Assembly (NCBI GenBank): GCA_018398765.1
Contig: JAHBMJ010000465.1
Location: 1 to 46,888, forward strand
Source: Chromera velia
Lineage: Eukaryota
Reading direction: 5' to 3'
Length of the DNA: 46,888 nt
Position numbers and translations under genes: made by a program. The notes beneath the pieces were generated by a model, which saw only the letters and a list, made by a program, of their open reading frames with translations, searched no databases and was not told where the DNA came from. Below are positions 11,280-24,400 of the stretch, in pieces (the first letter of the stretch is position 1; each line of letters starts with the position of its first letter).

Positions 11280-11990
11280 GATCTATACAGACATTCTGAA
11301 AGCTATTACTGTGTTGTACTAATAATTTGATTTATTCACTAGAAGTGAATGGAAATTGATTTTATAAACAGTTGCAGTTGGCTAATTTTAAAAAAAATAG
11401 ACTTGATGTATCAAGCTTAAATTTTATATGAGCGTACACGTTATACATTTATTCAAAAATAGTATGAAAACTATAAATACCTGATTCAATGTTCAAGTTG
11501 CTATATAGTAGTTTGAAAACATGTTTCCTAGTAGGTCTAGACTGTCTACTATAGTGTCTAGTAGTAGGTTAAATTTAGAGGTTAAATTTTCATAGTGTCG
11601 ACATTGACCAAATTCATAAAAGGAGTAATCGTTGTTTTAAACTATAAACTTTTGGTTTAAAGAGTTTGTTTTTCCAAAAATGAAACACAATTAATGTTTT
11701 ACCTTTTTATACGATATAAATTTACTGTAAAATGTACGAGTACTGACGTGGCAGTGGTATTATGGCAATTAATGATTTACTTATGATGAAATGTTTTCAA
11801 ATTCTAAAGTTTGCTTCGATTCAAAAAAAATAGACCGTCTTTAGTCGTGAGCCAAACTTATTCTAAGACTCTGTTTACGTTCCAGTATGACTCTGTGAGA
11901 TCAACTGTCAAAGTTTAGTGTTATGTCACTTTGAATCATCAAATTCAATGCTTTGGGGATCTGCAAATAATGTAAAGTCACTACACAGCC
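11280..11990. other. AT-rich, TpA-rich intergenic island (similar ones at ~4150-4720, ~5670-6210, ~36130-37100)
   Basis: Abrupt compositional change from the flanks; many TA/TAG/CTA words; no long ORF. Confidence 0.8.
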
Positions 11991-12441
11991 ATGCAAACTG
12001 TAGATTTTGCTGTATCCGGCCTTGTTTTTTCGAATAGTAAATGTCCGAGTCCGAGTCAGCTTACTTGCTCCCAGGGGGATGGCTGCAGGCAAATAAACGA
12101 AAGACAAGAGAAAACGACAAAATGCATAGAAAAAGGGAGATGGTTCAACCATGCAGTGGCTTACACTACCGAAGCAGTCTCATGTGCATGGTCGCGATTT
12201 AGGGTCAAAAGAAAGAAAGAAAGAAAGAAAGAAAGCAGGCGAATGCCAGTGAAGCGCATCGATGAGCAGCAGGATCATGCACAGTGGACGTTGTCGGGAG
12301 TAACGAATGTCTCTTTCTCAAGATTCTAATTCTTAATGCGCGGGCTGCCAATTCAGGGAGAGGCTGGTAGCACAGGAGACTGAAAAGTTTCTATCTCCAA
12401 AAATCAGCGCGACTCTTGTTGTTCGTGCGCATGGAGGGAAC

Positions 12442-15400
12442 TCAGTGCAAAGAGAAAACAGGCCGATTGCCTGCAGAAGTGGAGCTGATTCTCACTGATT
12501 CGACTGACTGGAGAACCACAAGAATGGATCTGAACATCGAGTTGGGAATTCTCTCCAGGAGCCGCCCGCTGTCTCTGCACTTGGAATTTTCGAACTTCAC
12601 AGAACACCTTTCCTCCTTGAAAGTCGCCTCCCGAAGCTCGTTGTAGCTGAACACGGACAGAGAAGCGAACACGCACAAAATCAGACAGCTTATAAGGAAG
12701 GAGACAGGCACAGCTCTCGCCTAAAGAAAGTCTGGCGACAAAGAATTGACTGAGGGTATGTGGAAGAGAATTTTGGTGCTGGTTTGACTACTTCATGGCC
12801 GCCCAATTCTTGCTTTCTATCTGTGTCGTATCTTTGTAAACGCAACCAGACAAACTGATACTCAGAAAATGAAGGCAGAAACCGGGAGAAACGAATACCC
12901 ACCTGTAGCTTCCCTCGGGCTTGCCGAGATCGGCATCTGTTGGCTTGGTGTTTCCGTAGTACCTCAACAGTCGATCTGCATTCACAAGCACAACGAATGA
13001 ACATGAGTATTTCTGGGACCGTCGAACGTGCACATAAATTTGGTGTTCCACTTGCTGGAGAAAAGTAGACAGTCGCGCAATCTGGACCAAGTTATCTCAT
13101 ACAGGCAAGATTTACGGGTACACCGTGCTGCATGTGCGTTCTCCTCTGACCGGCCCAACCAGAGACCACTGAACCCAGACACCCCTTGCCCGCAGTATCA
13201 ATGACTTCATTCACATGCACTGAAGAAAACCTATTCATCCACCCACCAGGATCGTCTGCGTCCATGATGAACCATCGACGTTTGTGCGGGCCGTCCCCGT
13301 GGGAGTCCCACTCGTTCTGCAGTCTGATGACGAACCCTCCCTTCTTTCCGAGCGCCCGTGCCTGTTCGAGGGTCGGCATGTTCTTGCCACTCACTTCCGG
13401 CAGGGGGCCCTCGGCTTTCGGCTTCCAGGCCTGCAGGGGCTTCGTCATCGAGGTCTTCGGTGCAGCGAGCCCTGGCCGAGCTTTCCTACAGGGATCACAT
13501 TCATACATGCAGAGACCTGGTCATACAGGGATCACGTACAAAACCCAAGGTTTCCAGTTGCATTTCTCCATAGAGAAGGCAAGTGGAGCTCATTGATGCT
13601 GTTGGAGCGAATGGGTTGAGAGAATGAAACGGACTAGGAACACAACCAAACAAACGGACATAAAGAAAATGGCGGTCGTTAAAAGGCCCTGAAAAAACTT
13701 TTCTGCGTTCTGTGTGCCTTCGATTCTTTCAAATACCAGTGTCAATATTTTCCCCTCTGACCTCGGCGCTTTGTACTTCAACTCCGCAAACAGACGCGGG
13801 TACACGCCCCCGACTTGCAGCTTCACAGGCACAAGCTTCTCCGCCTCCGCCCCGCTGGGAGGCAGCTTGACCTTCCACTTGCGTGCTGTAGCTGCAGACG
13901 TTACTGCTGCCTTGTCCTTCTCCTTCCCTTCACCCACTCTGGATGCAGAGACGCGGGTCTCTCCGAAGAACACCTGCAGGAGGCGATCGAGAGAATAGAT
14001 AGAATCATCTTGAATTCTCATGAATTAAAGCAGAGAACAGACTCAAGTAAAATTGTAGAGTAAGTGTACCCAGTCCCGCATACATATAGAAGAATGCTGC
14101 GATGCACGTCTGTCTGAAGGAACCCGAAGTACGTCAAAGAATTGAACACAGACCAGAATCTTCTGCAGCAATGACCGAATCAATCACTCAACCAATGCAC
14201 AACTCCGCAAAAGAGACCGGAGGGAGACAGCCCCTTGCTTTTTCCCGAATGAATCAACTGTGGCTCATTTTCTGCTACGTGAAAGTGTCTGCTTGCTTAA
14301 TTCAAACCTGACTGACTGACATCCATGGTCGTTGCCGTCTCTGGAATGAGCGGGTGACTTGAGATCTGCACCTCCGTGCCGCCCTCTGCGGGTCCCTCCA
14401 AAGGCTGGATCTCCAGCTGCAAATCCCCAAAGAAAAAAAGGTAAAGGAAAAGCAGTCAGGAAGGAGTTCCTACCGTAGTAAATAGAGCGCTGCCTCCCCT
14501 TTCTTTGCCTTTCTGCTGAGCTTGGAGAGAGAGCAGTTTCAGGAAAAACAGTCGCACTGCGTACTGAGTCTTGAGTGAGAGTGCAACACAGAGGCAATCG
14601 AGAGTGCGAAATCAGCTGCTGACCTTTCTCCATTTGCACCTGTCCTCCGGTTTGCTCTCCTCCAATCGCTGGTGTTTGTCCAGGGCCGCTCTGTCGTTGA
14701 AGACCTTCTTGCACTCACACACCCTGTCCTTGCAGTCTTTCTTCAAGTGCGCCTCCATGTTCGACAGCTGCACGCTCTCCCCGCATCCGCACTTGACCTG
14801 TCTGTTCGGACACTCTGAGTCTTCGTGATGCTTCAGAGCCGAGAAGGGAAGAGACTGCTGGCAGGCCTTGCACGTCACAGACCGCTTCGGGCACACTTTC
14901 TGCATGTGCGTCTTGATCTCCTTGGAAGGAACGTCCGTGCCGCACTGGGTGCATTTCTCCTGCAGTCGAGTGAAATCAGTCGGTCGCGACAGAGCAAAAT
15001 CAAAGACGAACAATTGTAAATCTAAAGTGTTGGAAAGGAGGAAGAAAATAAAGGCTGATCGCCAAAGCAGCAGAGCAATGCAGCTCTACTTGGCTCAATG
15101 GATTGGTCCGTGATGGACTCCAAACCTTCTCCACCTTTTTGACTGACCTTTGCTGCAGGACAGGCACCGCTGCGGAGGTGTTCGTCCTTCTCGCTGGGCA
15201 TGCTGAAGCGCTCCCTGCAGACGCACACTCTGAGGGGGCAGTCCTTCTCCTGGTGTTGCTTCAGTTTTTGTACGACGGTCTTCAGACCGCACTCACACTC
15301 GGCAGCCCTCAGTGGACACAGAGTCTGCTTGTGCTTCTCCATCTCCGCCCTTTCCACTTCCTGAGGGAAGAGCAAGGCATTGCAAAGTGATGAATCTAGC

Positions 15401-18400
15401 TATCGGTTTCTTAGTCTCCATTTTGACTTGATCCTTCAAGCATCCATCTATTCAGTCTCCAAGTTTTCTGCTGCTCTCCGGGTCGCAAGGAAGGAAAAAA
15501 AGGGGGGGATGATTACATGCTGAAAGAGACCCCGGAAGACGAAGCCTCTCGACGTTTGAGCTCCTCCCCCATTTCCCTCTTCCTCCTAGCTCCCTTGTGC
15601 CCCCTGTATTCCTTCATCATATTGCCGAGCTGCCTGATCAACCAACTTCTTGGCTGACCATCTGGCAGCTGCACCGTTCCTTCCCCTTCGGGCACTCCTT
15701 TGCCTTGTGGTCCTTGATGGCCGCCTTTGCCATTCTCTTGCCGCACAGGTCGCAGGGGCCCTGTTTGCATGGAGGACAGGGGGGCGGAAGCGGACGTTTT
15801 CATTGGTATGGACAGGAAAAGAAGATTTACTGGCGAAGTCATGGAGCTGATATCATGTCTGAAAACAGATGAAGAGAAATACACATCAAAAAGCAAACGA
15901 AAGAAGAAATATTGGGAAGCTGAGTGACTGAGAAGCACTGGGATTCTACAGTACCTCCAAACTCAACGGCGCAGTTTTTTTTTCCACCACAAGCGATTGC
16001 ACCCCCTTTTAATTCTTTTCCCTTTTGTCCTTCTTCGGCCCGTCCATCCATCCTGAGCAGTATTCCCACTGTTTCCTTACGTGTCGGTGATTGCAGAGGC
16101 CGCTCTGTCGATGCTGCTCCAGGGCTTCTTTCGATGCCACCACAGCTCCGCACTCGCACACCCGGTTGGGGCAGTCTGCAGTCACTCGTTATTTGTTCAT
16201 TCATTCATTCATTCATTCATTCATTCATTCAGTCAGTCAGTCAGTCAGTCAGTCAGTCAGTCAGTCAATCAATCAATCAATCAATCAATCAGTAGGTAAG
16301 TCAGTCAACTATTCATTGGGTACGTCAGATAAATTGATTGGAACATCGATGCATTGATTTCAAACATTGTCCGAGATTTGTGAAGTGCAGAAAAGGACGC
16401 AACGTCCACGCATGCATTCACATTTCTCCGCCCATTCAGACAAGACACCTTCTCTCACTGCCTCAACAATTCACTCATGCAACACTCACTTACCTTTCGC
16501 CTGGTGTTTTCCGATTGAGCCTGCTGTGAAAGTCTTCCCACAGTCGCACTTGACTTGTTTCATCTCGCACTGAGTGGCCTGGTGGTGCTCCAGCACCTTC
16601 CTTGGCATCTCCTTTTTGCACACACACTTCACCTGCAAAGCCCAGCAAGGAAGCAGAGAGAGGAAACAATTGAATCGACATAAGAGCTGGGCTATTGTTC
16701 TTTTTCTCTAAGAGGCTCACATAGCTCACTCCAGATGCGCGACGGAACTTAAAAGGGCGCAAACCAAAGAGGAATATGTGGCACTGACTGACGGCAAATT
16801 AGTGAAAGAAACACTTGGAAAGGAGCTTGAGATCGGGGGACATAAAAAGACACAGACAGATCAGTCAGCATTCGCGGAAAAGACTTCTCCGCTTTCTCTC
16901 TTCGAGTGTCAACCTCTTTCGTTTTCCTGTTCATTTTCCCCCTCTAGTTGTGCATGTGCCTCGCTCCCTCCCTCCCTCTTTCTGTCTCTCCTCTTGTCTG
17001 AATGATCCACGCGGCATGCAGACCAACCATTGCTTGTGGACAGTGTTTCTCTGAGTGCTCCTTCATGTCCTTCAGCACGACGCTTGTGCCACAGGCCGTG
17101 CACGGGACCTGTGTGGAGGAAAAGGGAGGGAAGCTGGACGGCTACAGAAATGGGAGGCGCAAAAAAAAGACGAGAAACGCTTTCTTTTCCTTCCAAAGGG
17201 TGACAATGCAAAAAGGCACAGGCGGAGAGAGAGTGCATGAATGCAATTCCTTGCAAGGCTGCGCTGATGGACGGTGCAATGTGTTCATTCGATTCGATGA
17301 GCAGAAGAGACGCATTGAGGCATGGCAGGACTCTTTCCAGCAGAGCGACAAACATTAGCTGCACGTTTGACTCGATTGCCAACCACCAAACTTGTCAAGG
17401 AGAAGCCACAAAGACTGACTGAACCGTTCGTTGATTGATTGAAAAACTCGTGGATTGATTTATTGATTGATTCACTGCTGACACACTGACAGGGCGAAGT
17501 GGGCACACGCCGTCCACCAGATGCATCTCGAGCCTGCTCTTGTCCTCGAAGAACGCCAAACACTCGCAGACCCGGTTCGGGCACGCTGCACGTGACACCC
17601 AGGGAGGGCAAGTGGGGTGGGCGAGGAAGGGGTCAGTCTAGATTGGACATGAATGGCTGCATGTACGTTCTTTATGGAAATACCCTGAGTAGGTTTTGAT
17701 TCATGCGCAAGAAAGAAAAAGGGGATCTTGCACAAGCCCGACAGACCAACGGACCTTTCTTTTGGTGCATCTCGAGGCCTTTCTGGGGGACCTCCACACC
17801 GCAGTCGCACTTGGTGATTGTCAGGGGGCAGGCCTTCTTCAAGTGATCAGGGAGTTCCAGACGCTTCAGGGCAGCACCACAGTGACATTTGATCTGCACC
17901 CATTCGTTCAGGCATAGGGACGGGAGATTTTCTGAATTGAAATGCATTCACAGCGTCACTTGCGGAAGGTCAGGCACAGGACTGAAAAGATTGCGGCTTC
18001 TGAAATGTTTCACGCAGTCTCTTGTGTGTCAGAAAGGTTCACAATGTGTGCTCGTATCTCCTTCACGCTCGCATGGTTTCTCAAGAAAATCGCGTATTCG
18101 TGTTCCTGTTCAATCTCTCGCTTCTGCGTTCTGACCTCTGCTTGCGGGCACTCCTCCGCGATGTGCTTCTCGTTGTGACGTTGTTCTACGGTCCTTCCGC
18201 ATCTGGCACATTTGATCTGACAGAAGGAGCAAGAGAAAATGTGCAGGCAGGTTTATTATTCCAATCACAACAAAGTTCATCGAGGCAGACATGGATGGAG
18301 ACAAACGCTGGCACGGATTGCAAAGAAGGTTGAACGTTGACTTGACGTCACAGAACCGAGAGGAAACAAATTGCGCCTCCCTGTAGATGTATGCCGAGCC

Positions 18401-21400
18401 TCCGATGAGTTTCCTTCACACCAACCTACACGTTCATCTGTAGTGCACACTTCTGTTTCGCTCTGCAAGTCTTCTGACCATTCTGAAAGGGCAGGAGCCC
18501 TGCTTCTGGTGATGCAGGAGTGCGCTCTTGTCGTCGAAGTGGGCGCCGCACTTGCAGATCCGGTTCTTGCAACCTGCAGACAGCGCGTGTTTTCCTTTTT
18601 CAAATTGCCATATGAATACGTCTTTTGTTCTTCGACCAATCGTGCTTCAAGTTTAACGCGTGCAGTAATCTTTATGTGTAGGTATTGCGTCGTTTGGGTC
18701 TTCCAGTGTGCATAGGGGGGGACTTGTGGGAGTGAGAGCGAAAAAGAGGGGCAAAAGGAGGGCAGACAAGACTGAGAACCATTCAGATGAATGTTAACGG
18801 AGAAATGAAATTGGACAATCTGTCGTCCTGGATCACCGTCTCTCTTTGCCCACTCACTTACTCACTCACTCATCTGTCTATGCCCATTGAGCTCCCGTCT
18901 CCGCATTGCCTCCCCGCAGTCGCATGTCACTTCGGTCTCCGGACACTCGTCCGTCTTGTGCTGTGCCTCCTTCGAGCGTTGCACAGGGAAACCGCAGGTG
19001 GAACAGCTGACCTGCACACACACACACACACACACACACGGACCTTTTGACTTTCACAGAGAAGTTTCAGGTGAAAGAGCAGGCCCGTGCAGGGAGAAAG
19101 AAGACGACCAAGAGAACAAGGGACCACGGGAGGGCGGAGAACCGAGATAGGAGAAAGGCGTTCAAGGTGGAAGTGTTTCTGCGTGGTTCCGCTACCGCCA
19201 TCCATATAGTCTCGCTCACAATGTAATGCCGAGGGTAATAGAGAAACGGCCTGATGTCCCTACAGCTTCTCTAACTGCCTGCCTGGGTGAATGGCGAACT
19301 GACCACAGCGAGCGGACATAGGGTCTTTGCGTGTGAGTCCAGTTGTTCCACAGGGACCTTCTGCTGACACACGGGACAGCCGACCTGCAGGGAGACAGGA
19401 ATTACCGGCGGGTGTTTGTCTTCTCTCTGTCGTCTGCTGCTCTGCTGCAAAGCTGTGTGTCGGCACGATTCTCGCTTTTTCGTGCATAGGTTGAATGAGT
19501 CCCATACAGCCAGCCAGCGGAGAGAGAGAGGGGAGACCACCTGCCTGTCTTCTCAATCCAATAAGAACCGCTCGGAAGGTCACAAAGAAAAGCAGTATGG
19601 TCAATTTTAAGTATATAATCTGATGCCTTTCATTCCGCAGTTCCTCGGCGCAACGACAAAGAGAGCACCCTCCCCCATATTATCCAAGCAGTTTGGAGAC
19701 TTTGATTCCTTGTCTCGCAGATTTTCACTCCATTGTCAACTGAACGATTGACTAAGCGACTGTCAATCAGTCAAGTAGATACAGTTTGGGAATAAACAAC
19801 TGACGTATCGGAACGCACATGCCCCCTCCTGCTTCCTGTGGGCGGTGAGGGCCTTCTTATCCTCAAAGGCGTTGCCGCACTCGCACACACGGTTGGGACA
19901 CTCTGAAGGGAAGAGACAGGAGGCCGGGTAGAAGGAACAGATCCATAAAGTTGCACAGAAGGCAAACGGACGCAGAAGCCCTCTTCGAGCCGGGTTCTTT
20001 CAGTCGGCTGCAACTTCCGTTTTCTTCCTCTTTTTGTCTGCTGCTCTTGTAAGAGGCCCATGGGTTAAAACCGGCTCAAGCGTTAGAAAACTTCATTTCA
20101 AGAAAGAGATGGACATGCGAACCGTATTGACCTACAGGCTTCGATCACACATCTACACCCACCTCTCTACCCACTTACCGGTGACTCTGTGCTTTTGGAG
20201 GTCTCTGTGGGGAATCGGGTCGCACCCGCAGTCACAGGGGACGGGGCGGAGCGCACAGAAGACCCGCCTGTGGTTGTCCATCTCTCCCCTCAAAACTTTC
20301 TGACCGCACTCGCACGTCACCTGAAAGATTCATTCGTGCAGGCAAGGGGAAACTCCACAGGATCTGATAGCGCAAACGATGGAGAGATCAGTGAATAGAG
20401 GGAGTAACGGAAGAAAGAGTCTCCGCAGCGGCAGATAGAGAACAAAAAGCAAAAGAGTGGTGTGCACATTTCGGGCATGCGACGCACCTTCGTTTTCGGG
20501 CAGGACATGGCTTGATGCTCCTCCATGTCCTTTGCGACGACCTTGGCCTTGCACAGGGGGCAGGGGGTCTGCAGAAAGGGGCAACAAACAGGCGCGTGGT
20601 CTTAAAGGTTCAAAATGCAAAGGAAAGACAGAGGAAGAAGTCATGATCCCATCCAATTGGGGAATCGACCGAATTTCTGTTCTTTCTTTCCTGAAGCCTC
20701 CACAAATCATCTCGATGCAATCATTGTGGATGTGGTCTCTGATCTCGAAAAGTGGCAGGATGTCGGAATCTGAATCTACGTATGAAGAGCAATGCAACAC
20801 ACACGAGGAGGGTCTTTCCCAGATTTCTGACTCACCAGTTTGAGAGGACAGGTCTGCTTGTGAGCATCCAATGCCGCTTTGTCCGCCACAGCAGTGCCGC
20901 ACTTACAGACGCGATTTTTGCAGTCTGCATCGAGTTGGAACGGAACGGAAAGGCACAGAACGTGCATAGGGACGAGAAGAAGAGACAACAACAGATGCCA
21001 AATAACATGTAGGGGTGGCACGAGAGCTCAGAGCATCAGGAAAGCGGGTGGACCAGAAAAAAAAGCACAAAAAGTGGAAAGAAGACGCAGAAGGGAATGG
21101 GAAAAGTGCACCTGTCTGTCTCTCTCCTTTAAAACTGAATGTCCTCTTCCTGCTTTGCTGTACATACACCCAGAGTCATCCGTGTACACTAGCCGACCCT
21201 ACTTGACTGACGCACGCACCTGTCTTTTGGTGCAGTCCGAGATCTTTGAAGGCCAACTGCTCTCCGCAATCGCACCTGACAAAGAGGGACCGTATGCAGA
21301 CAGACGTCAATCACCAGGCAGCCGCTCTGTCAGAACAAGAAAACGCTGGATAAGGTTGAGGGACAGAGAATGTGATGTCAGGAAGCGAAGAAAGATGCAA

Positions 21401-24400
21401 GCGCTATGCTTAGGCCAGGTAGCCTTTCTCTGATTTTTCAATATAAGTGTGGTTTCCATATGCTCAACCATACAATCCTGCCTGCCTTTGTCTACCCTTT
21501 TTGCTGACTTTGTTGTCCGGTGTGCACAGTCTCTCTCCTTGTGGGTCTTTAGAGAGTCCTGAGGCACTGCAATGCCACAGAGGTCGCACGGCACCTGCAA
21601 AAGGACAGATAAGGGGGGATGGGGGGAGAATAGCAGAAAAGGGGAATGTCAGATTGGTGGATTGGCACAAAAATGAATAGATTCATCGAAATCTAGGTGC
21701 CAGTAGGAAGCAAATATGTCAACTTCGTCTTTGATTGTTTCACCACCCGTAAGCAGACTGACCTTTCGCTTTCCGCAGACCGTGCTTTTGTGTGCCTCCA
21801 TTTCCTTAAGTGCCACGCGGGCGGCACAAAGATCGCAAGAGGCCTGCATGAGAAGAGACAGAAGAATGACTTGATTTTGAGCATGTCTCAGAAAAGTTTT
21901 TGATCGGGGTCAGTAGAAGAAGAATGGAATTTCACACAAACGTCTTTGACAGAGACACGCACGTCAACGAACGAACCAAGAAGGCAAATTCAACTCGTGC
22001 AAATTCTCTGTCTCGCACAACACTTGGGGAAGGTCGTCAGTGTGTGGAATGTCGTCCCTCTGCATGTGAAATTGAAGAAATCGAAAAAAGACAAATATAA
22101 GTGAACACTGACAAATCGAAGGAGACAGGTCCCATCGTTCTGGTGTGCCAGAAGTTTCTTCCTGTCTGCGCAAGCCGCTCCGCACTCGCACACACGGTGC
22201 CGACATGCTGCGCACAGACAAGAAAGGATTGATTCCAGGACGGAATTTTTAGAAAATTCTGGTTCAGTGGTCATCCTCTTGATATATACCCATTCTTGAG
22301 CTTCCGGCAAATTATAGACTGGCAATCCCTCATCAAGTTCAGGAAATGTGCGCGATCCTTGAAAGTCGAATCACTGTGTTTTCTTTCCCTCCATTCTTTG
22401 ACCCTCCAAGTTGCAGCCTGCCCTCCCTTACGCGCACCCACCTGTGTTTCTGTGCACCGCCAAACTTTTCTGAAGCGTCTGCACCCCACAGTCACACCTG
22501 ACAACCCGAAGGGGACAGTCCGACTCCCTGTGCTCGTCCATTTTCGATCTCTGTACAAGCTGTCCGCATTCACAGGGAATCTGCATGCAGAAACAGAGAA
22601 ACAACAAAGCGTGCAAAACAGAGAGAGAATTAAGCAATTCTAATGGCATTAGACCTGACGGACCCTCTCCCCGTCCCTTCCTTCTGCCCTCCTTTCCGGC
22701 TTCCCTTCTCACCTGTGCGTTTGGACACTCCTGGTTGATGTGCGTCTCGTGGTCTCTCAGCAGAACCTTCCTCCCACAGTTTGTGCAGGGAACCTGAAGG
22801 CAGAAAAGGAAAGAACAACGAGGCACTGGATGCACTGACAGGAGAAAAGCACTGTGTATGGCACTTGAGCGTACCTCAACATCAACAGGGACGAAGGAAG
22901 GGAATATATCCACCCGTCCATGCAAACACCAACTTGATTGATTGAAATCGTAGATGGATTCCTCTGTTTTCAGCCGTCCAGGAAGACTAGGAGAAACATC
23001 ACGGCAAGAAACAAGTCGAAAGAAACGAGTGGTGAAGCAAGCAACAAAGAGACTCAGCCTTTCTTCCTCCTGGGTCGGGACCCCTCAATCTGGAATCAGA
23101 GCGCTGTGCCAACTTCATGCTGTACATATGGTTGGAAAGATTGACCGACCCTCCTGAGGGGACAAGACCCTTCTCCCTGATGCAACGCCAGCCCGCTTCT
23201 GTCAGTTGCAACAAAGCCGCACACGCACACGCGGCTCTTGCATGCTGCACAAACAGAGGGGGAGACCAATCATCAATCCAAACAAATGCCTGATCGGCAC
23301 ACAAAGAGAGAAATCAATCCATGAAAGGGACGTGGGAGCTGAGAGTGCAAGTGTTGATCTGCCCCTGTCTCAGCTCTTCTTTGATTCTACACCTTTTCCC
23401 CTTGGAGTGGAATGTGAGGTTCTAAACCCCTTTGCATGTGTGTGTTTGTATGCATCAGCGTATTCATACACGTGTGCTGGGTAGGTAATTTTGTCTCTGC
23501 TCCGTGGGCAAGACCAACCTGTACGGAGGTGGAGATTCAGGTTGCCCATGCGCACGCTCTCCCCGCACTCGCATGTCACCACCCTCTCCGAACACTCCGA
23601 CTTCTTGTGCTTTGCGAGACCCTCACGAGGAATCAGGCGGCTGCAGCTGCACTCTAACTGCAGTGCACCACAGTCGGGGTACGTCGGGGTACAGACAGGA
23701 GGAAGAATGGGTGGACTGACGCAAAAAAAGAGTCCTTGACAAAGAAAGACATCAATCTCCAAGAGAAGAAATACAGGGATAGCAAGATGCAACCAGAATC
23801 AGCCCGCTTAGCCCCACTACTGAAAAAATACACGCTCCAATGCCCTTCAAACTTTAACGAACCATCCATCCGTCCACCCTACCTCATCAATCCATCCAAC
23901 CAACCCACCAGAGTTTGGGGGCACTCATCCGCCTTGTGCTTGTCGTGGAGGCCTCTCGGTACTCTCTTCCCGCACTGACCACAGGGGACCTGCGTGCGTG
24001 CATGAGTGAATGATGGTCAAAAGCTGCCGCGGGGGTGAGCAAAGCTTGATACCCCAGCTGTTTGACGTCTTTCCTCCTACATATGCTGCTTAGGTCATTT
24101 TACATTTCGGACCTTTGAAAGAAGAACTTTCACATCCGCCGAAGCCCCCCCCTTTAGCCCTGTTTTGCCTTCTGTATTTTTTCTGACCCCCTGGCGCGAA
24201 TACTTTTCAGGAGCCGTCATGTTGTTTCAAAGAAAACGGGCAGTCTTTGAAGAGCAGAAGAGTGACTGACGGCTTTCAGGGGGCAGAGCCCGCTGGTCAA
24301 ATGCTCCTGAAGCTCCTTAACTCCCGTGAACCCGGCACCGCAAGCGCAGACTCTCTCTGGGCAAACTGCAGGAAGTTCAAGCAGGTTAAGACAGGCAGGC

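Noticed and set aside
11280..11890. MITE with terminal inverted repeats
   Set aside because: Only weak, short end similarity; no convincing TIR or target-site duplication.
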